A stretch of DNA of 64,000 nt from Gammaproteobacteria bacterium (GCA_043738945.1 JAYUFB010000080.1:49697-113696); one strand, 5' to 3'; counted from the stretch's first letter, positions 1 to 9,469 are shown. Translations and numbers: made by a program. The notes: generated from the sequence alone by a model not told the origin.

Positions 1-734
1 AACAATTTGAGGTTACTTCGGCGCCAGCGATCGGCATGCGGGCTGCTGATGATGCGGTTATTACACGAGAGATCGCTCAAGCGGTGGCTTTCAGACTAGG
101 ACAGCGAGTCAGTTTTACCCCCATTCCCGATCCCAATGGAGTCGGTAACGGCACACATATTCATTGGAGCTTTCTCGATTCGGACAATCACCCGGTGCTC
201 TATGATGAAAATGCGCACTGGCAAATATCACTGCTAGGCCAGCAATTTATGGCCGGTATTCAACATCATCTCCCAGCGTTGTGTGCCGTTACTACGCCCT
301 GCGTCGCATCCTACTATCGATTGCGGCCAAATAGATGGGCCCCGATGACCGCCGATGTGGGTTTACTCGATAGGGGCACGGCAATACGCGTGTGCCCCAT
401 AGTCGGGGCTGATCCTGTGCATCGCGCCAAGCAGTGCAATGTGGAGTTTCGAGTAGCTGACGCGACCGCAAGTCCCTATCTCGCACTTGCAATGCTGGTG
501 CAAGCGGGCCTTGAGGGTATTCGTCAGCGTAGGGAGATCAACCTTAATGACCCTCGCCCTTTACCCACAAGTTTAAGTGAAGCCCTCAACCTCCTAGAAG
601 CCAGTGATGCAGCCAAAGAATGGCTTGGAAGTGATCTACATTCTGGGTATTTACTTTTTAAGCGTGCAGAGTTAAAGGGTTTAACAGATCTTGATGAAGT
701 CGAAATTTGTCGTCGTTATCGCGAAGTCTATTAA
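1..734 (+). CDS. glutamine synthetase-like (gamma-glutamyl ligase family) protein, C-terminal part; 5' end lies outside the window
   Basis: The frame is open from the window edge (..QFEVTSAPAIG precedes the first Met at 36). It shows the GS catalytic-domain signatures NGTHIHWSF and EFRVADATASPYL. Stop codon at 732-734. Confidence 0.85.
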   Translation, partial: QFEVTSAPAIGMRAADDAVITREIAQAVAFRLGQRVSFTPIPDPNGVGNGTHIHWSFLDSDNHPVLYDENAHWQISLLGQQFMAGIQHHLPALCAVTTPCVASYYRLRPNRWAPMTADVGLLDRGTAIRVCPIVGADPVHRAKQCNVEFRVADATASPYLALAMLVQAGLEGIRQRREINLNDPRPLPTSLSEALNLLEASDAAKEWLGSDLHSGYLLFKRAELKGLTDLDEVEICRRYREVY

Positions 735-756
735 TTTTTCATAAAGCGGGCTTATT

Positions 757-1536
757 GTGGAATACAAACTATTAGCGGCGAATGAACCTCCAGCGTTCAG
801 GGAGACCGGACGGCAGGGAAAATCTAATTTCGTCGTGGTCGTTGATCACGCCAGCGCGCTCATTCCGCGACGCTTAGGGGACCTCGGATTGCCTGCTGAC
901 GAGCTCAAGCGTCATATCGCCTGGGATATCGGCAGCCTTGCGGTGGCGCGTCAAGTCGCGGCAGCACTTGACGCACCATTGATCGCGCAAAATTATTCTC
1001 GCCTAGTGATTGATTGCAATCGTGATCCCAAGGTCGCCACATCAATTCCTGTTGTGGGAGAGCACATCAATATCCCAGGCAATTTGAATTTAAGCCTAGT
1101 CGAAAGCAGCGCTCGTCGCGCGGAGATTTTTGAGCCCTACCATGATCACATCCGCAGTTTGATCGACGAACGGATTGCGGCGGGCCGCCCGACAATCTTG
1201 GTAGCCCAGCACAGTATGACGAATATATTTAAAGGTGTAGAACGCGCTATGCATGCCGCGATTCTTTATAATCGCGACCGACGTTTCGCGGGATTAATGC
1301 TCGACATGTTAAGGCGCGAAAGCCATTTATCCATCGCCGACAACGAACCCTACTTTGTCAGCGATGCCACCGACTATACCATTCCGATCCACGCGGAAGC
1401 ACGCGGGCTGCCATACGCGGAAATTGAAATTCGCCAAGACCTTATCAGTGACGAAATCGGACAGCGTGAATGGGCGCAGCGCATAGGCCAAGCATTGCGA
1501 GACGCCGAACAACTTTTCTTAGGAGCTTCTAAATGA
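757..1536 (+). CDS. N-formylglutamate amidohydrolase (FGase/HutG-like) family protein
   Basis: GTG start 22 nt after the upstream stop. VVVDHASALIP and VIDCNRDP motifs are typical of the FGase family. It overlaps the next gene by 4 nt. Confidence 0.8.
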   Translation: MEYKLLAANEPPAFRETGRQGKSNFVVVVDHASALIPRRLGDLGLPADELKRHIAWDIGSLAVARQVAAALDAPLIAQNYSRLVIDCNRDPKVATSIPVVGEHINIPGNLNLSLVESSARRAEIFEPYHDHIRSLIDERIAAGRPTILVAQHSMTNIFKGVERAMHAAILYNRDRRFAGLMLDMLRRESHLSIADNEPYFVSDATDYTIPIHAEARGLPYAEIEIRQDLISDEIGQREWAQRIGQALRDAEQLFLGASK

Positions 1537-2195
1537 CATTGACCCCTTCTTTAAGCCGTGAAGTGGAAATTGAGCCGGCTCATACGGCATTACTATTTGT
1601 CGATGTTCAGAATTACAATTGTCTGTGGGAGGGCGGTGAATATGCGCATCTTAATAGCAAGGAGAAAGATGACCGCTACGGCTATTTTTTTCGAACCCTT
1701 AAAGGTAGTGCATTACCCAATATGGTGCGGCTACAAAAGGGCTGCCGAGAGGTTGGAATCGAAGTAACTTACACTATTATCGAAAGCTTAACTGCAGATG
1801 GACGTGATCGTTCTCTAGACTACAAGATCACGGGTTTCAACGTACCGAAGGGTTCGTCGGACGCTAAAATGGTCAAGGAATTGGCGCCTGCCGACGATGA
1901 AATCGTTTTCCCGAAGACTTCTTCGTCCGTGTTTATATCCACCAACATCGATTATGTACTGCGCAATCTCGGTATCAAGTACTTGATTATCGCAGGCTGC
2001 CTAACTGATCAATGCGTAGATTCAGCGGTTCGCGATGCCTGCGATCTCGGGTATCTCGTGACTGTACCCACGGATGCCTGCGTGACTCAATCGGCTGAGC
2101 GCCACGAGTGGTCTCTACGGCTTAATCAGGGTTATTGCCGACAACGAACCACCCAGCAATTGTTGGACGAGATTTCACGCCTCGGCAAGCGTTAG
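1533..2195 (+). CDS. isochorismatase-family cysteine hydrolase
   Basis: LLFVDVQN Asp region and the catalytic Cys context LIIAGCLTDQCVDSAVRDA. Translationally coupled to the upstream gene. Confidence 0.85.
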   Translation: MTLTPSLSREVEIEPAHTALLFVDVQNYNCLWEGGEYAHLNSKEKDDRYGYFFRTLKGSALPNMVRLQKGCREVGIEVTYTIIESLTADGRDRSLDYKITGFNVPKGSSDAKMVKELAPADDEIVFPKTSSSVFISTNIDYVLRNLGIKYLIIAGCLTDQCVDSAVRDACDLGYLVTVPTDACVTQSAERHEWSLRLNQGYCRQRTTQQLLDEISRLGKR

Positions 2196-2206
2196 TCGGC
2201 GATATC

Positions 2207-2714
2207 TTGAAAGTACTCGCCGTATTTGCGCACCCTCGCAGAGATTCCATTAGCGGTGCCGTCGTTGATCTCTATCGTGAGAATTTCGAGTCGCGATTTC
2301 AACTCGAAGATTTAGCACAATTTCACGATAAGCCGATGCCCAGGGATGTGCTATTTCAGCAGGAGCGCATCGATCAAGCGGATGCGCTGGTGTTTGCCTT
2401 GCCCATTTAGCGAGGGATAGGCCTATCACTTTGAACCCGATATGTCGCGCGGACTGCTCCGCGATCGTCCTGCGCTAGTAGTTGGAATTGGCGCATCACG
2501 ACAATCCACGAGTCAAAAATATGGCTATGGTGATGCCATGCAGGTTCAAATGGATGTGGGGATTTTTAGGTATTGCGGACTTAAAGATGTCAAAACTAAA
2601 ATTTTTTACGAAGTGGAGCAAGAGGCTGCGATTCGACAAAGATATCTTATCGAAGCGCGACGTCTAGGCCATCAGCTATTATCGCCGGGACGCACGCGCG
2701 CCGCAAAACACTAA
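2207..2714 (+). pseudogene. decayed Flavodoxin_2 / NAD(P)H quinone oxidoreductase-like gene
   Basis: Two collinear fragments lie in different frames (track ORFs 2135-2410 and 2442-2714). The first reads LKVLAVFAHPRRDS..ADALVFALPI and then hits a stop. The WW..GW.DRV segment expected after FxxPI is absent. The C-terminal part resumes at RPALVVGIG..GIFRYCG. Confidence 0.6.
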
Positions 2715-2735
2715 CTGCACGTTTGGTGAGGCGTT

Positions 2736-3674
2736 TTATTCAAACACCAACCGCGGGAAATAAAACGTTACTGTCCAATTAGGCAAATCGACAATCTCGC
2801 TGATACGTAAGTCACCGCAAACACTACACAGCATGTACGCCTCGACCGCCGGCATTCCATGTCGACGGCTTAAGAGATCCACCATGCAGCGCACGGCGGC
2901 GCGCGCGGCTTCCATCAGATCGGGTCCGATGCCCATAGTGACCTCATATCCCTTGGCATCGAGGTGACGTGTCACGGGTCCCGGCGTTGTGAATCTTGGA
3001 AACTGAAGGGGCGTTTTCTTAAGCAACTCAAACTTTAGCCCGACTTTCATGGGGCTTTCGATGGCAGTACCGCCTACTTCACCATCGCCTTGCGCCGCGT
3101 GTGTATCGCCTACCGAAAACAGCGCTCCCTCCACTTCCACCGGCAAATAAAGCTCAGTACCCAGGCTTAGATCACGTACATCCATGTTACCGCCAACACG
3201 ACGCGGCGGAACGATGCTATGTAATCCAGACGCTGCCGGTGCCACGCCGATCGTTCCGGTGAACGGCTTCAGCGGTACCGCCCCCCAGCGGCCGAAAAAT
3301 GCCGGTGCCAACGTTATGGAGTCGTAGTTCCAAATATGCAAAGCAGGTTGCCGGAAATCATCCGCCAACAGACCAAAGCCAGGAATATTGGCGGTCCATC
3401 CCCATCCAGAAGCATCGAACGACAACAGCGTGACCTTTAGTACATCGCCAGGCATCGCGCCATCGATATACACCGGACCAGACACCGGGTTGATCTTGTC
3501 AAAGTCGAACTTTAGTATCGCTTCAGCAGTGGATTGCTGCGAAATTTGGCCGCCTGCCGCATCGATGATGTCGAATTCAATCGAGTCGCCAGGCGCAACG
3601 CTTAGAACCGGTGCAATGGCATTATTCCAACCGAAATGGTGCTGATGGCGATGAATAGTGTGTTTATTGTTCAT
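2736..3674 (-). CDS. acetamidase/formamidase family protein
   Basis: GGNMDVRDL and VGDTHAAQGDGEVGGTAIE motifs of the FmdA/AmdA family. 312 aa. Confidence 0.88.
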   Translation of the reverse strand: MNNKHTIHRHQHHFGWNNAIAPVLSVAPGDSIEFDIIDAAGGQISQQSTAEAILKFDFDKINPVSGPVYIDGAMPGDVLKVTLLSFDASGWGWTANIPGFGLLADDFRQPALHIWNYDSITLAPAFFGRWGAVPLKPFTGTIGVAPAASGLHSIVPPRRVGGNMDVRDLSLGTELYLPVEVEGALFSVGDTHAAQGDGEVGGTAIESPMKVGLKFELLKKTPLQFPRFTTPGPVTRHLDAKGYEVTMGIGPDLMEAARAAVRCMVDLLSRRHGMPAVEAYMLCSVCGDLRISEIVDLPNWTVTFYFPRLVFE

Positions 3675-3696
3675 AATTCATTTATCGTACCCCCAT

Positions 3697-4527
3697 ATGA
3701 TCGCGTTCACAAAAAATACTGACGCTAAGATTTCGATCCGCCATCCATGGCCGGTACGGGTTTGGCACTGGATCAATGCGCTCGCCGTCACGCTATCTTT
3801 GGTTACCGGGCTTTTGATATTTAATATTCATCCGCGGCTCTATTGGGGTGAAGACGGTCATGCAGGCATGCCGGCGTTACTATCGCTATCGTCTACCGAT
3901 CCTAATTCTAAGACCCCGCATTTTGATCTTCAAGTCGGCAGCCATCATTGGGATGTGACAGGGTTTATGGGTCTGATAGACAACGAGGGTAGCGATCAAT
4001 ACACCCTTATTGCAGCACCACCGATGGATTTTCAATTCGGTGCTACGCGAACTTGGCATTTCGCTGCGGCGTGGATATTAGTGAGTGCCTGGCTTATATA
4101 CGGGCTATACCTGGCGCTGGCGGGTCGATACGCGCGAGTACTGTGGCCCACACGTGAAGACCGCACCTTAAGGAATTTAAAGCACGAGCTTAAGCAGCAT
4201 TTTTTATTGAAGCGCGCGCGTGGAGTCGCGGCCGAGCGTTACAACCTACTGCAGAAATTCAGCTATTTGGTTGTCGTAACTTTACTGATTCCTATGTTGA
4301 TTTTGAGTGGTTTGACCCAGTCGAATTCAGTAACAGCGGTTTTTCCAGATCTATTTGCACTATTTGGCGGACGGCAATCGGCGCGGTCGATCCACTTCAT
4401 AGTAGCCGGAGCACTACTTGCTTTTATATTGATCCATGTTTTTCAAGTTTTTGTCGCCGGTTTTTTTAATTCAATGCGCTCTATAATCACCGGGAGATAT
4501 GTCACGCCGGGCGAGAAATCAATATGA
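3697..4527 (+). CDS. b-type cytochrome membrane subunit (cytochrome b561 / PhsC-like)
   Basis: Multi-pass hydrophobic protein with conserved His in predicted helices (VWHWINALAV, IHFIVAG). ATG 3697 is preferred because the track start at 3658 would overlap the divergent formamidase gene. It overlaps the downstream molybdoenzyme gene by 4 nt. Confidence 0.7.
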   Translation: MIAFTKNTDAKISIRHPWPVRVWHWINALAVTLSLVTGLLIFNIHPRLYWGEDGHAGMPALLSLSSTDPNSKTPHFDLQVGSHHWDVTGFMGLIDNEGSDQYTLIAAPPMDFQFGATRTWHFAAAWILVSAWLIYGLYLALAGRYARVLWPTREDRTLRNLKHELKQHFLLKRARGVAAERYNLLQKFSYLVVVTLLIPMLILSGLTQSNSVTAVFPDLFALFGGRQSARSIHFIVAGALLAFILIHVFQVFVAGFFNSMRSIITGRYVTPGEKSI

Positions 4528-5285
4528 CAACCTCCGTATCGCGCCGCACTTTGCTCAGCACCCTCGCATCCACTGGACTGGTCACCGCCTGCGGCCGCCT
4601 GGATCAGACTGCTCCCGCAAGCGCATTGCTTGATTTGACGGACCGCTTTACCTTGCGCATGCAGCGACTATTACTCGCGCAAAGGCCTTTGGTCCGGGAG
4701 CTCAGCATCGCGGATATCTCGGCTCATTTTCCAACCAATGGCACTGTGGCTCCCAAAGGAGACCTTTACCGCAAGCTCGTAGAAAACGACTTTCGCGACT
4801 GGCGGTTACGCATTGATGGACTAGTAGAACGCCCGCTCGCCTTATCGCTTGCCGAGTTGCGCTCCTTACCCGCGCGCACGCAAATCACCATGCATAACTG
4901 CGATGAAGGCTGGAGCGCAATCGGTCAGTGGACGGGAGTTCCACTCGCACGTCTGCTAGATCTTTGCCGTCCCAAAATGAATGCACGCTACGTGGTATTC
5001 CATTGTCTTGACACCCAGGAAGCCGATGGCAATCCCTACTATGAGAGTATCGACTTACTCGATGCGGTACATCCGCAGACAATCTTGGCCTACGACATGA
5101 ATGGCAGCACTTTACCGATTGGGCACGGCGCGCCCCTTAGGCTCAGAGTTGAACTACAAATCGGCTACAAGAATGCCAAGTACGTGGATCGCATCGAACT
5201 GGTTGATCGCCTATCAGCAATCGGTAAGGGTCGTGGCGGTTGGTGGGAAGATTTTGAGCGCGCACCCTGGTACGCGGGGCAGTAG
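4524..5285 (+). CDS. molybdopterin-binding oxidoreductase (sulfite-oxidase fold, MsrP/YedY-like)
   Basis: Tat-like leader SRRTLLSTLAS. MHNCDEGWSAIGQWTGV and GAPLRLRV motifs of the oxidoreductase molybdopterin-binding domain. Paired with the cytochrome b gene. Confidence 0.8.
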   Translation: MTTSVSRRTLLSTLASTGLVTACGRLDQTAPASALLDLTDRFTLRMQRLLLAQRPLVRELSIADISAHFPTNGTVAPKGDLYRKLVENDFRDWRLRIDGLVERPLALSLAELRSLPARTQITMHNCDEGWSAIGQWTGVPLARLLDLCRPKMNARYVVFHCLDTQEADGNPYYESIDLLDAVHPQTILAYDMNGSTLPIGHGAPLRLRVELQIGYKNAKYVDRIELVDRLSAIGKGRGGWWEDFERAPWYAGQ

Positions 5286-5313
5286 GCAATCGATGACCCA
5301 ACATAAGTAACTC

Positions 5314-6066
5314 CTACTGCGAACTTCTCGGGCATCCTTGTTGACGACTTCCCGATAAATACTCATCAACTAAGGTATTCTTACGCGCGTTATTAAAACT
5401 TGGCCCATGGCCGCCGTGCCCCATGGATATGTCCAGCCCCCGTAGTCTTAGCATTGTGGCGCGATATTCCTCGACATTCGAGGACGGAAACGTATCGATT
5501 AATTCGCCATCATAAAGGGCGTCCCCGGAAAATAGCGTACCCGTCCGTTCCTCAAATAGTGCAATAGAATCGATAGAATGACCCGGAAGGTGCAATACCG
5601 TCAGCATTCGATTCCCAAGGTCGATGCAATCTCCTTCCGCTATCGATTGACTAAGCGGTGCACCGGTCAAGCAATACTCAGCGGAGTTCCAGCCCTCGAC
5701 GGGAAGTTGTGAAACCGGCTGATCGAGTTCCCGGAACAAATGCGCGAGCGTCGCTTCGTCGGGCATGGTCGCAAACGCTTCGGCTTCGGACGAATGTGCC
5801 CGTCTATCAGTGAATTCGTGTAGCGCTCCGACATGATCAAAATGAATATGAGTGGCAACTGCAATCACAGACCACCCCAGCCTCGCTGCCAGCGCTGGCC
5901 TTAACGGTTGCAACCCCGTGCCCGAATCGATCAGTAAATCGCGTTCAGTACCTCGGACCAGCCAAATATTACATCGTGCGAAGCTATTGACGTGCGACTC
6001 ACGCATCCGGATTGTGTCGTGCTCCAATTCCTCACGTTCGTACCAATGCTCTGCAATCTGCATCAC
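5314..6066 (-). CDS. MBL-fold metallo-hydrolase
   Basis: HxHxDH motif (THIHFDHVG) plus downstream LPGHS and GD..Y elements. Its start overlaps the upstream stop by 1 nt. Confidence 0.85.
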   Translation of the reverse strand: MMQIAEHWYEREELEHDTIRMRESHVNSFARCNIWLVRGTERDLLIDSGTGLQPLRPALAARLGWSVIAVATHIHFDHVGALHEFTDRRAHSSEAEAFATMPDEATLAHLFRELDQPVSQLPVEGWNSAEYCLTGAPLSQSIAEGDCIDLGNRMLTVLHLPGHSIDSIALFEERTGTLFSGDALYDGELIDTFPSSNVEEYRATMLRLRGLDISMGHGGHGPSFNNARKNTLVDEYLSGSRQQGCPRSSQ

Positions 6067-7250
6067 TATCCGCCAATGGCCTGATCCAGATCCGCTATCA
6101 AATCCGCAGCATCTTCAATGCCGGCCGAATAGCGGATCAAGTTCTCAGGTATGCCTGCTCGCGCGCGTTCCTCAGCAGTCAATTCAACATGACTGGTCAC
6201 TTGCGGAGGTCCCGCGGTGGTAGCCACGCCTCCTAAATGCGCCGCACGCTGTGCGAGCTGCAAGCTATCTAGGAGGCTGCGCACAGCCGCAAAACCACCC
6301 TGGGGCGTGAACGATAATACTCCGCCAAATCCGCTCATTTGGCGCGCTGCAATCAAATGTCCGGGATGAGAAACAAGCCCCGGATAAAATACGCCATCGA
6401 TTTTCGGGTGATTCTCAAGATGCTGAGCAATTGCCAATGCATTGGCGTTGTGGCGCTGCATCCGAAGGGCAAGAGTCTTCATGCCGCGCAATATGGCGTA
6501 GGCCGCATCAGCATGTAAACTCGCGCCAGCGATCTCGCGAAAATGATGGATTTTCTTGATAAGATCCGCACGACCGGAGACGACGCCCCCCATCACATCC
6601 GAATGGCCCGCCAAAAACTTAGTCGCACTATGAACAATAAGATCCGATCCTAAGGCTGCTGGCTTTTGGTTAATCGGCGTAGCGAAAGTGTTATCCGTCA
6701 CCACAATCGCCCCTACCCGCCGCGCTGCACGCGCTAAACGCTCAATATCAACCACTTTTAAAGTCGGGTTAGTAGGGGTTTCCAAATACAACAACTGACA
6801 CCCACGCGTAATTTCTGCCTCAATTGCTTCGTGATTAGTCGTGTCACAAAGAGTTGCTGAAATCTTAAAACGTGGCAGGAATTCCTCAAATAAAACATTG
6901 GTTCCACCGTATGAGTCCTTGATGCTAACAACTCGCTCGCCCGGCGAAAGTAGCGAAAACAGAGTGGAACTAATCGCCGCCATTCCCGTGGAAAAGGCGA
7001 TCGCCACTTCAGTTCCATCAAGGGCCGCCATCTTAGCTTCGAGCACGGCGACTGTCGGGTTCGAGTTACGCGAATAGATATGTCCGCTCGCCTGTCCGCT
7101 CGCTACTTTTTGCCAGGTATCGAAATCCGGATAGGCAAAAGTCGCTGCGCCCACAATCGGCATCACCGCCGCACCGTAAGGAAACGGACCCTCCTCCGCA
7201 GCCCATACTGATTGGGTGCTAGCGCCGTATTGCAATTTTTTTCCCGTCAT
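6066..7250 (-). CDS. PLP-dependent Cys/Met metabolism enzyme (cystathionine gamma-synthase / beta-lyase / methionine gamma-lyase family)
   Basis: PLP-lysine context HSATKFLAGHSDVMGG, plus YSRNSNPT and DNTFATP motifs. GGAG Shine-Dalgarno sequence upstream of ATG 7250. Confidence 0.88.
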   Translation of the reverse strand: MTGKKLQYGASTQSVWAAEEGPFPYGAAVMPIVGAATFAYPDFDTWQKVASGQASGHIYSRNSNPTVAVLEAKMAALDGTEVAIAFSTGMAAISSTLFSLLSPGERVVSIKDSYGGTNVLFEEFLPRFKISATLCDTTNHEAIEAEITRGCQLLYLETPTNPTLKVVDIERLARAARRVGAIVVTDNTFATPINQKPAALGSDLIVHSATKFLAGHSDVMGGVVSGRADLIKKIHHFREIAGASLHADAAYAILRGMKTLALRMQRHNANALAIAQHLENHPKIDGVFYPGLVSHPGHLIAARQMSGFGGVLSFTPQGGFAAVRSLLDSLQLAQRAAHLGGVATTAGPPQVTSHVELTAEERARAGIPENLIRYSAGIEDAADLIADLDQAIGG

Positions 7251-7417
7251 TAATCTTTACTCCCAAATTTCCTTAGCATCATGCCAGGTCGTCGGGATAA
7301 AGTGAGTAGTATCGATTCGGCCGATGGTCTGCGCTAACTCATCGCTGACGATCTGCGCATACGCGGCCGCGGCGGTCATCAATTTCACAGGCGCCCCCCA
7401 GTCAGCACTCGGCGCCG

Positions 7418-7897
7418 TCAGCCATCACGCGCATCGAGCCTATATTGCTGCTGATTCCCGATTACTGCACCGGCGCATTGCAACTGATGCCCAGATTGCG
7501 GCTGGCCCACACCGCCGAGATAAAGCCGGTCGGCCTGGCCATTAGCGGCCATCGTCACCTGGGGAGTGAACGCCGGTCGCAATCCTACCAGTCCGGGGCC
7601 GCTCCAGACGCCGGCTGCGCTGGAACTGACACCCCAGACTCGCGGACCGACGCCGTTGGATTGGGCGAATACCACTGCAGCCGCGCCATCCGGCGCCACC
7701 GCTACCTGCGAATCGGTAGCATTGGTGCCGACGGCGGAGTTCAAGGTCTGCAGACCGCCCCAACTGGTGTTAAAGGAGTAGGGTAAGGTAAGCGTCAAAG
7801 CGCTAGTCGCGGCGCCTACGATTCCCGCAGCGTCGGTTAGGGCGACCCCATTGCGCTGCCATTGATACACGAGCGGCGCAGCGCCAGTGGCGACCAC
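7418..7897 (-). pseudogene. remnant of a large Ig-like-repeat surface protein gene
   Basis: ..GADGGTANFTVVATGAAPLVYQWQRNGVAL.. is a bacterial Ig-like repeat signature. The frame is open upstream of the track start but has no start codon or signal peptide. The downstream part is low-complexity Gly/Ala/Ser/Val. Confidence 0.3.
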
Positions 7898-8001
7898 GGT
7901 GAAGTTCGCCGTTCCGCCATCAGCGCCGAGAAGGAAGCTGCGACAAAATATCGCGGAAAACTGGTGAGGGTCTTGGTCAAATATTTCTCGCGATGCGGAA
8001 T

Positions 8002-9381
8002 TTAAAAGGACGATAACTCGAGAACGGCTCCGCTCGAATGGTTGTAGCCGGGCAATCGGCCGCTAATGGTTACCCAGAGGGTCTTGCCGTCGGGTGAACC
8101 CGCGATGCCGTTGATTCGTGCACGGCCAAGACGGTGTCCATCAGCCAAGGTCACGGTTCGGATCGCGACCACGCTACCGTCCTGGCGCATGCGGACAATG
8201 GTGTTGTTGCCGCGATTCGCGACGTAAAAATCTGATAACACATCCAAGGTGGTGTTGGAGGCCCAATTCGGATCGCTCGACTCGATGGTCACCGGTGCCA
8301 TGTCGATCGGCTGATTGAGCGCGTCTGCGGTCAGGTGCTGCACGCCCGTCACGTGGAAAACGACTCCGTCGTCACTGAGAGCGAGAGCGGCGATCGAATT
8401 GTTAAACGGTTCGCTGACAAAGAGCACAAGCGTCGGCGAATAATTGACCAGCACGCCCACTCGCGGTTGCGCTCCGCGGTGATCTTCGGACTCGCCGCCC
8501 TCGTCATCGCTCCAGCGCCGACCCAACACCGGAAAAACAGTCGCAGTAGGCGCCAACCCATCGAGTGCTTTAAGCGTGCTTTCTTGAACCACGGATCCAT
8601 CCGCAGTTACGACTGCAAAAACCGCCTTACGCGAACCATCCGGCGATCGTCCAAGCAACGCCGTGCCTACGGCACCCGTGTTGAGGGCACCCGCTATCAC
8701 CTGCAGAGGCAAGCGCGGCGTGAGATCGCCCACATAGACTCCACCAAGCAGCAGGTTGGGCGCGCCGGCCAACGGTTCGCCCGTGGGATCATCGATAGAA
8801 GAGCTGCCGATCCCCTCAAGACCAAAGGGTGCGTTCGCAGGCCAGATACGCCCAAAGGCGTTGTTGATGGACAGCCCGAGCGGATTACTGACGCCGGTGT
8901 AACGCGCGCTGTTGGCAAGCGGATTGTGGATGGCATTGCGGAACGCGGCACTTTGCGAACTGTACAATTGCACCTTGCCATCGAGTGCCGACACTTGGCC
9001 GCCGGCCGCCGCAAACTCGAACGGTATAACAAGGGGTACCGCGCCGCGCGGATCTATCGATAATAGAGAGCCTGCGAGTTGATCGGCATTTGCCAATGGC
9101 GCGCCGAAATTGGAGGTGCTTGCCACCAGCAATCGGACCGGATCAAGCACGGCTCCGGGCAGCGTGTAGGCCGCGAGCGCCGGTTTGTCGTGAATTGGAC
9201 CGCCGGCGAGAAATGCGCCGACGACGCTGATGGCCGACACTCCAGGGATGCCGACCGCCACCACGCGGCCTGCGAGCGCGGGGGGCGCATCGCCGGCATT
9301 GCTTGACGAGCTTAAGCCGAGACCCATGACCAAAATGGCGGTGCTTAGCAGCGGTGCAGAAAAGTGTTTGTGGTGGATCAT
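8002..9381 (-). CDS. secreted protein with NHL/YncE-like beta-propeller repeats
   Basis: Signal peptide from Met at 9381 (MIHHKHFSAPLLSTAILVMGLGLSSSSNA). Repeat signature FYVANRGNNTIVRMRQDGSVV. Last gene of the sigma-kinase operon. Confidence 0.6.
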   Translation of the reverse strand: MIHHKHFSAPLLSTAILVMGLGLSSSSNAGDAPPALAGRVVAVGIPGVSAISVVGAFLAGGPIHDKPALAAYTLPGAVLDPVRLLVASTSNFGAPLANADQLAGSLLSIDPRGAVPLVIPFEFAAAGGQVSALDGKVQLYSSQSAAFRNAIHNPLANSARYTGVSNPLGLSINNAFGRIWPANAPFGLEGIGSSSIDDPTGEPLAGAPNLLLGGVYVGDLTPRLPLQVIAGALNTGAVGTALLGRSPDGSRKAVFAVVTADGSVVQESTLKALDGLAPTATVFPVLGRRWSDDEGGESEDHRGAQPRVGVLVNYSPTLVLFVSEPFNNSIAALALSDDGVVFHVTGVQHLTADALNQPIDMAPVTIESSDPNWASNTTLDVLSDFYVANRGNNTIVRMRQDGSVVAIRTVTLADGHRLGRARINGIAGSPDGKTLWVTISGRLPGYNHSSGAVLELSSF

Positions 9382-9469
9382 TTTAAGGCTCCCGCGATGG
9401 CGAATTAGGTCTCCTATATTAAGGAACGAAATCCGGGGTGCTGTTTGGACAGCGGCCGCCATTAATTAG

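Noticed and set aside
3658-3696. The upstream extension of the cytochrome b ORF (track start 3658).
   Set aside because: It would overlap the divergent formamidase start codon. ATG 3697 gives a sensible N-terminus.
7251-7420. A possible SAM or other sulfur-metabolite riboswitch upstream of the Cys/Met PLP enzyme gene.
   Set aside because: I found no conserved riboswitch core sequence or convincing multi-stem structure. The region instead reads as an open protein-coding frame (see the small-ORF finding).
8335-9063. A 242-aa plus-strand ORF, and several shorter ORFs, overlapping the secreted propeller gene.
   Set aside because: It is antisense to a well-supported gene. It is Arg/Ser/Ala-rich and low-complexity, which is typical of the reverse frame of GC-rich coding DNA. 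It has no motifs and no ribosome-binding site.
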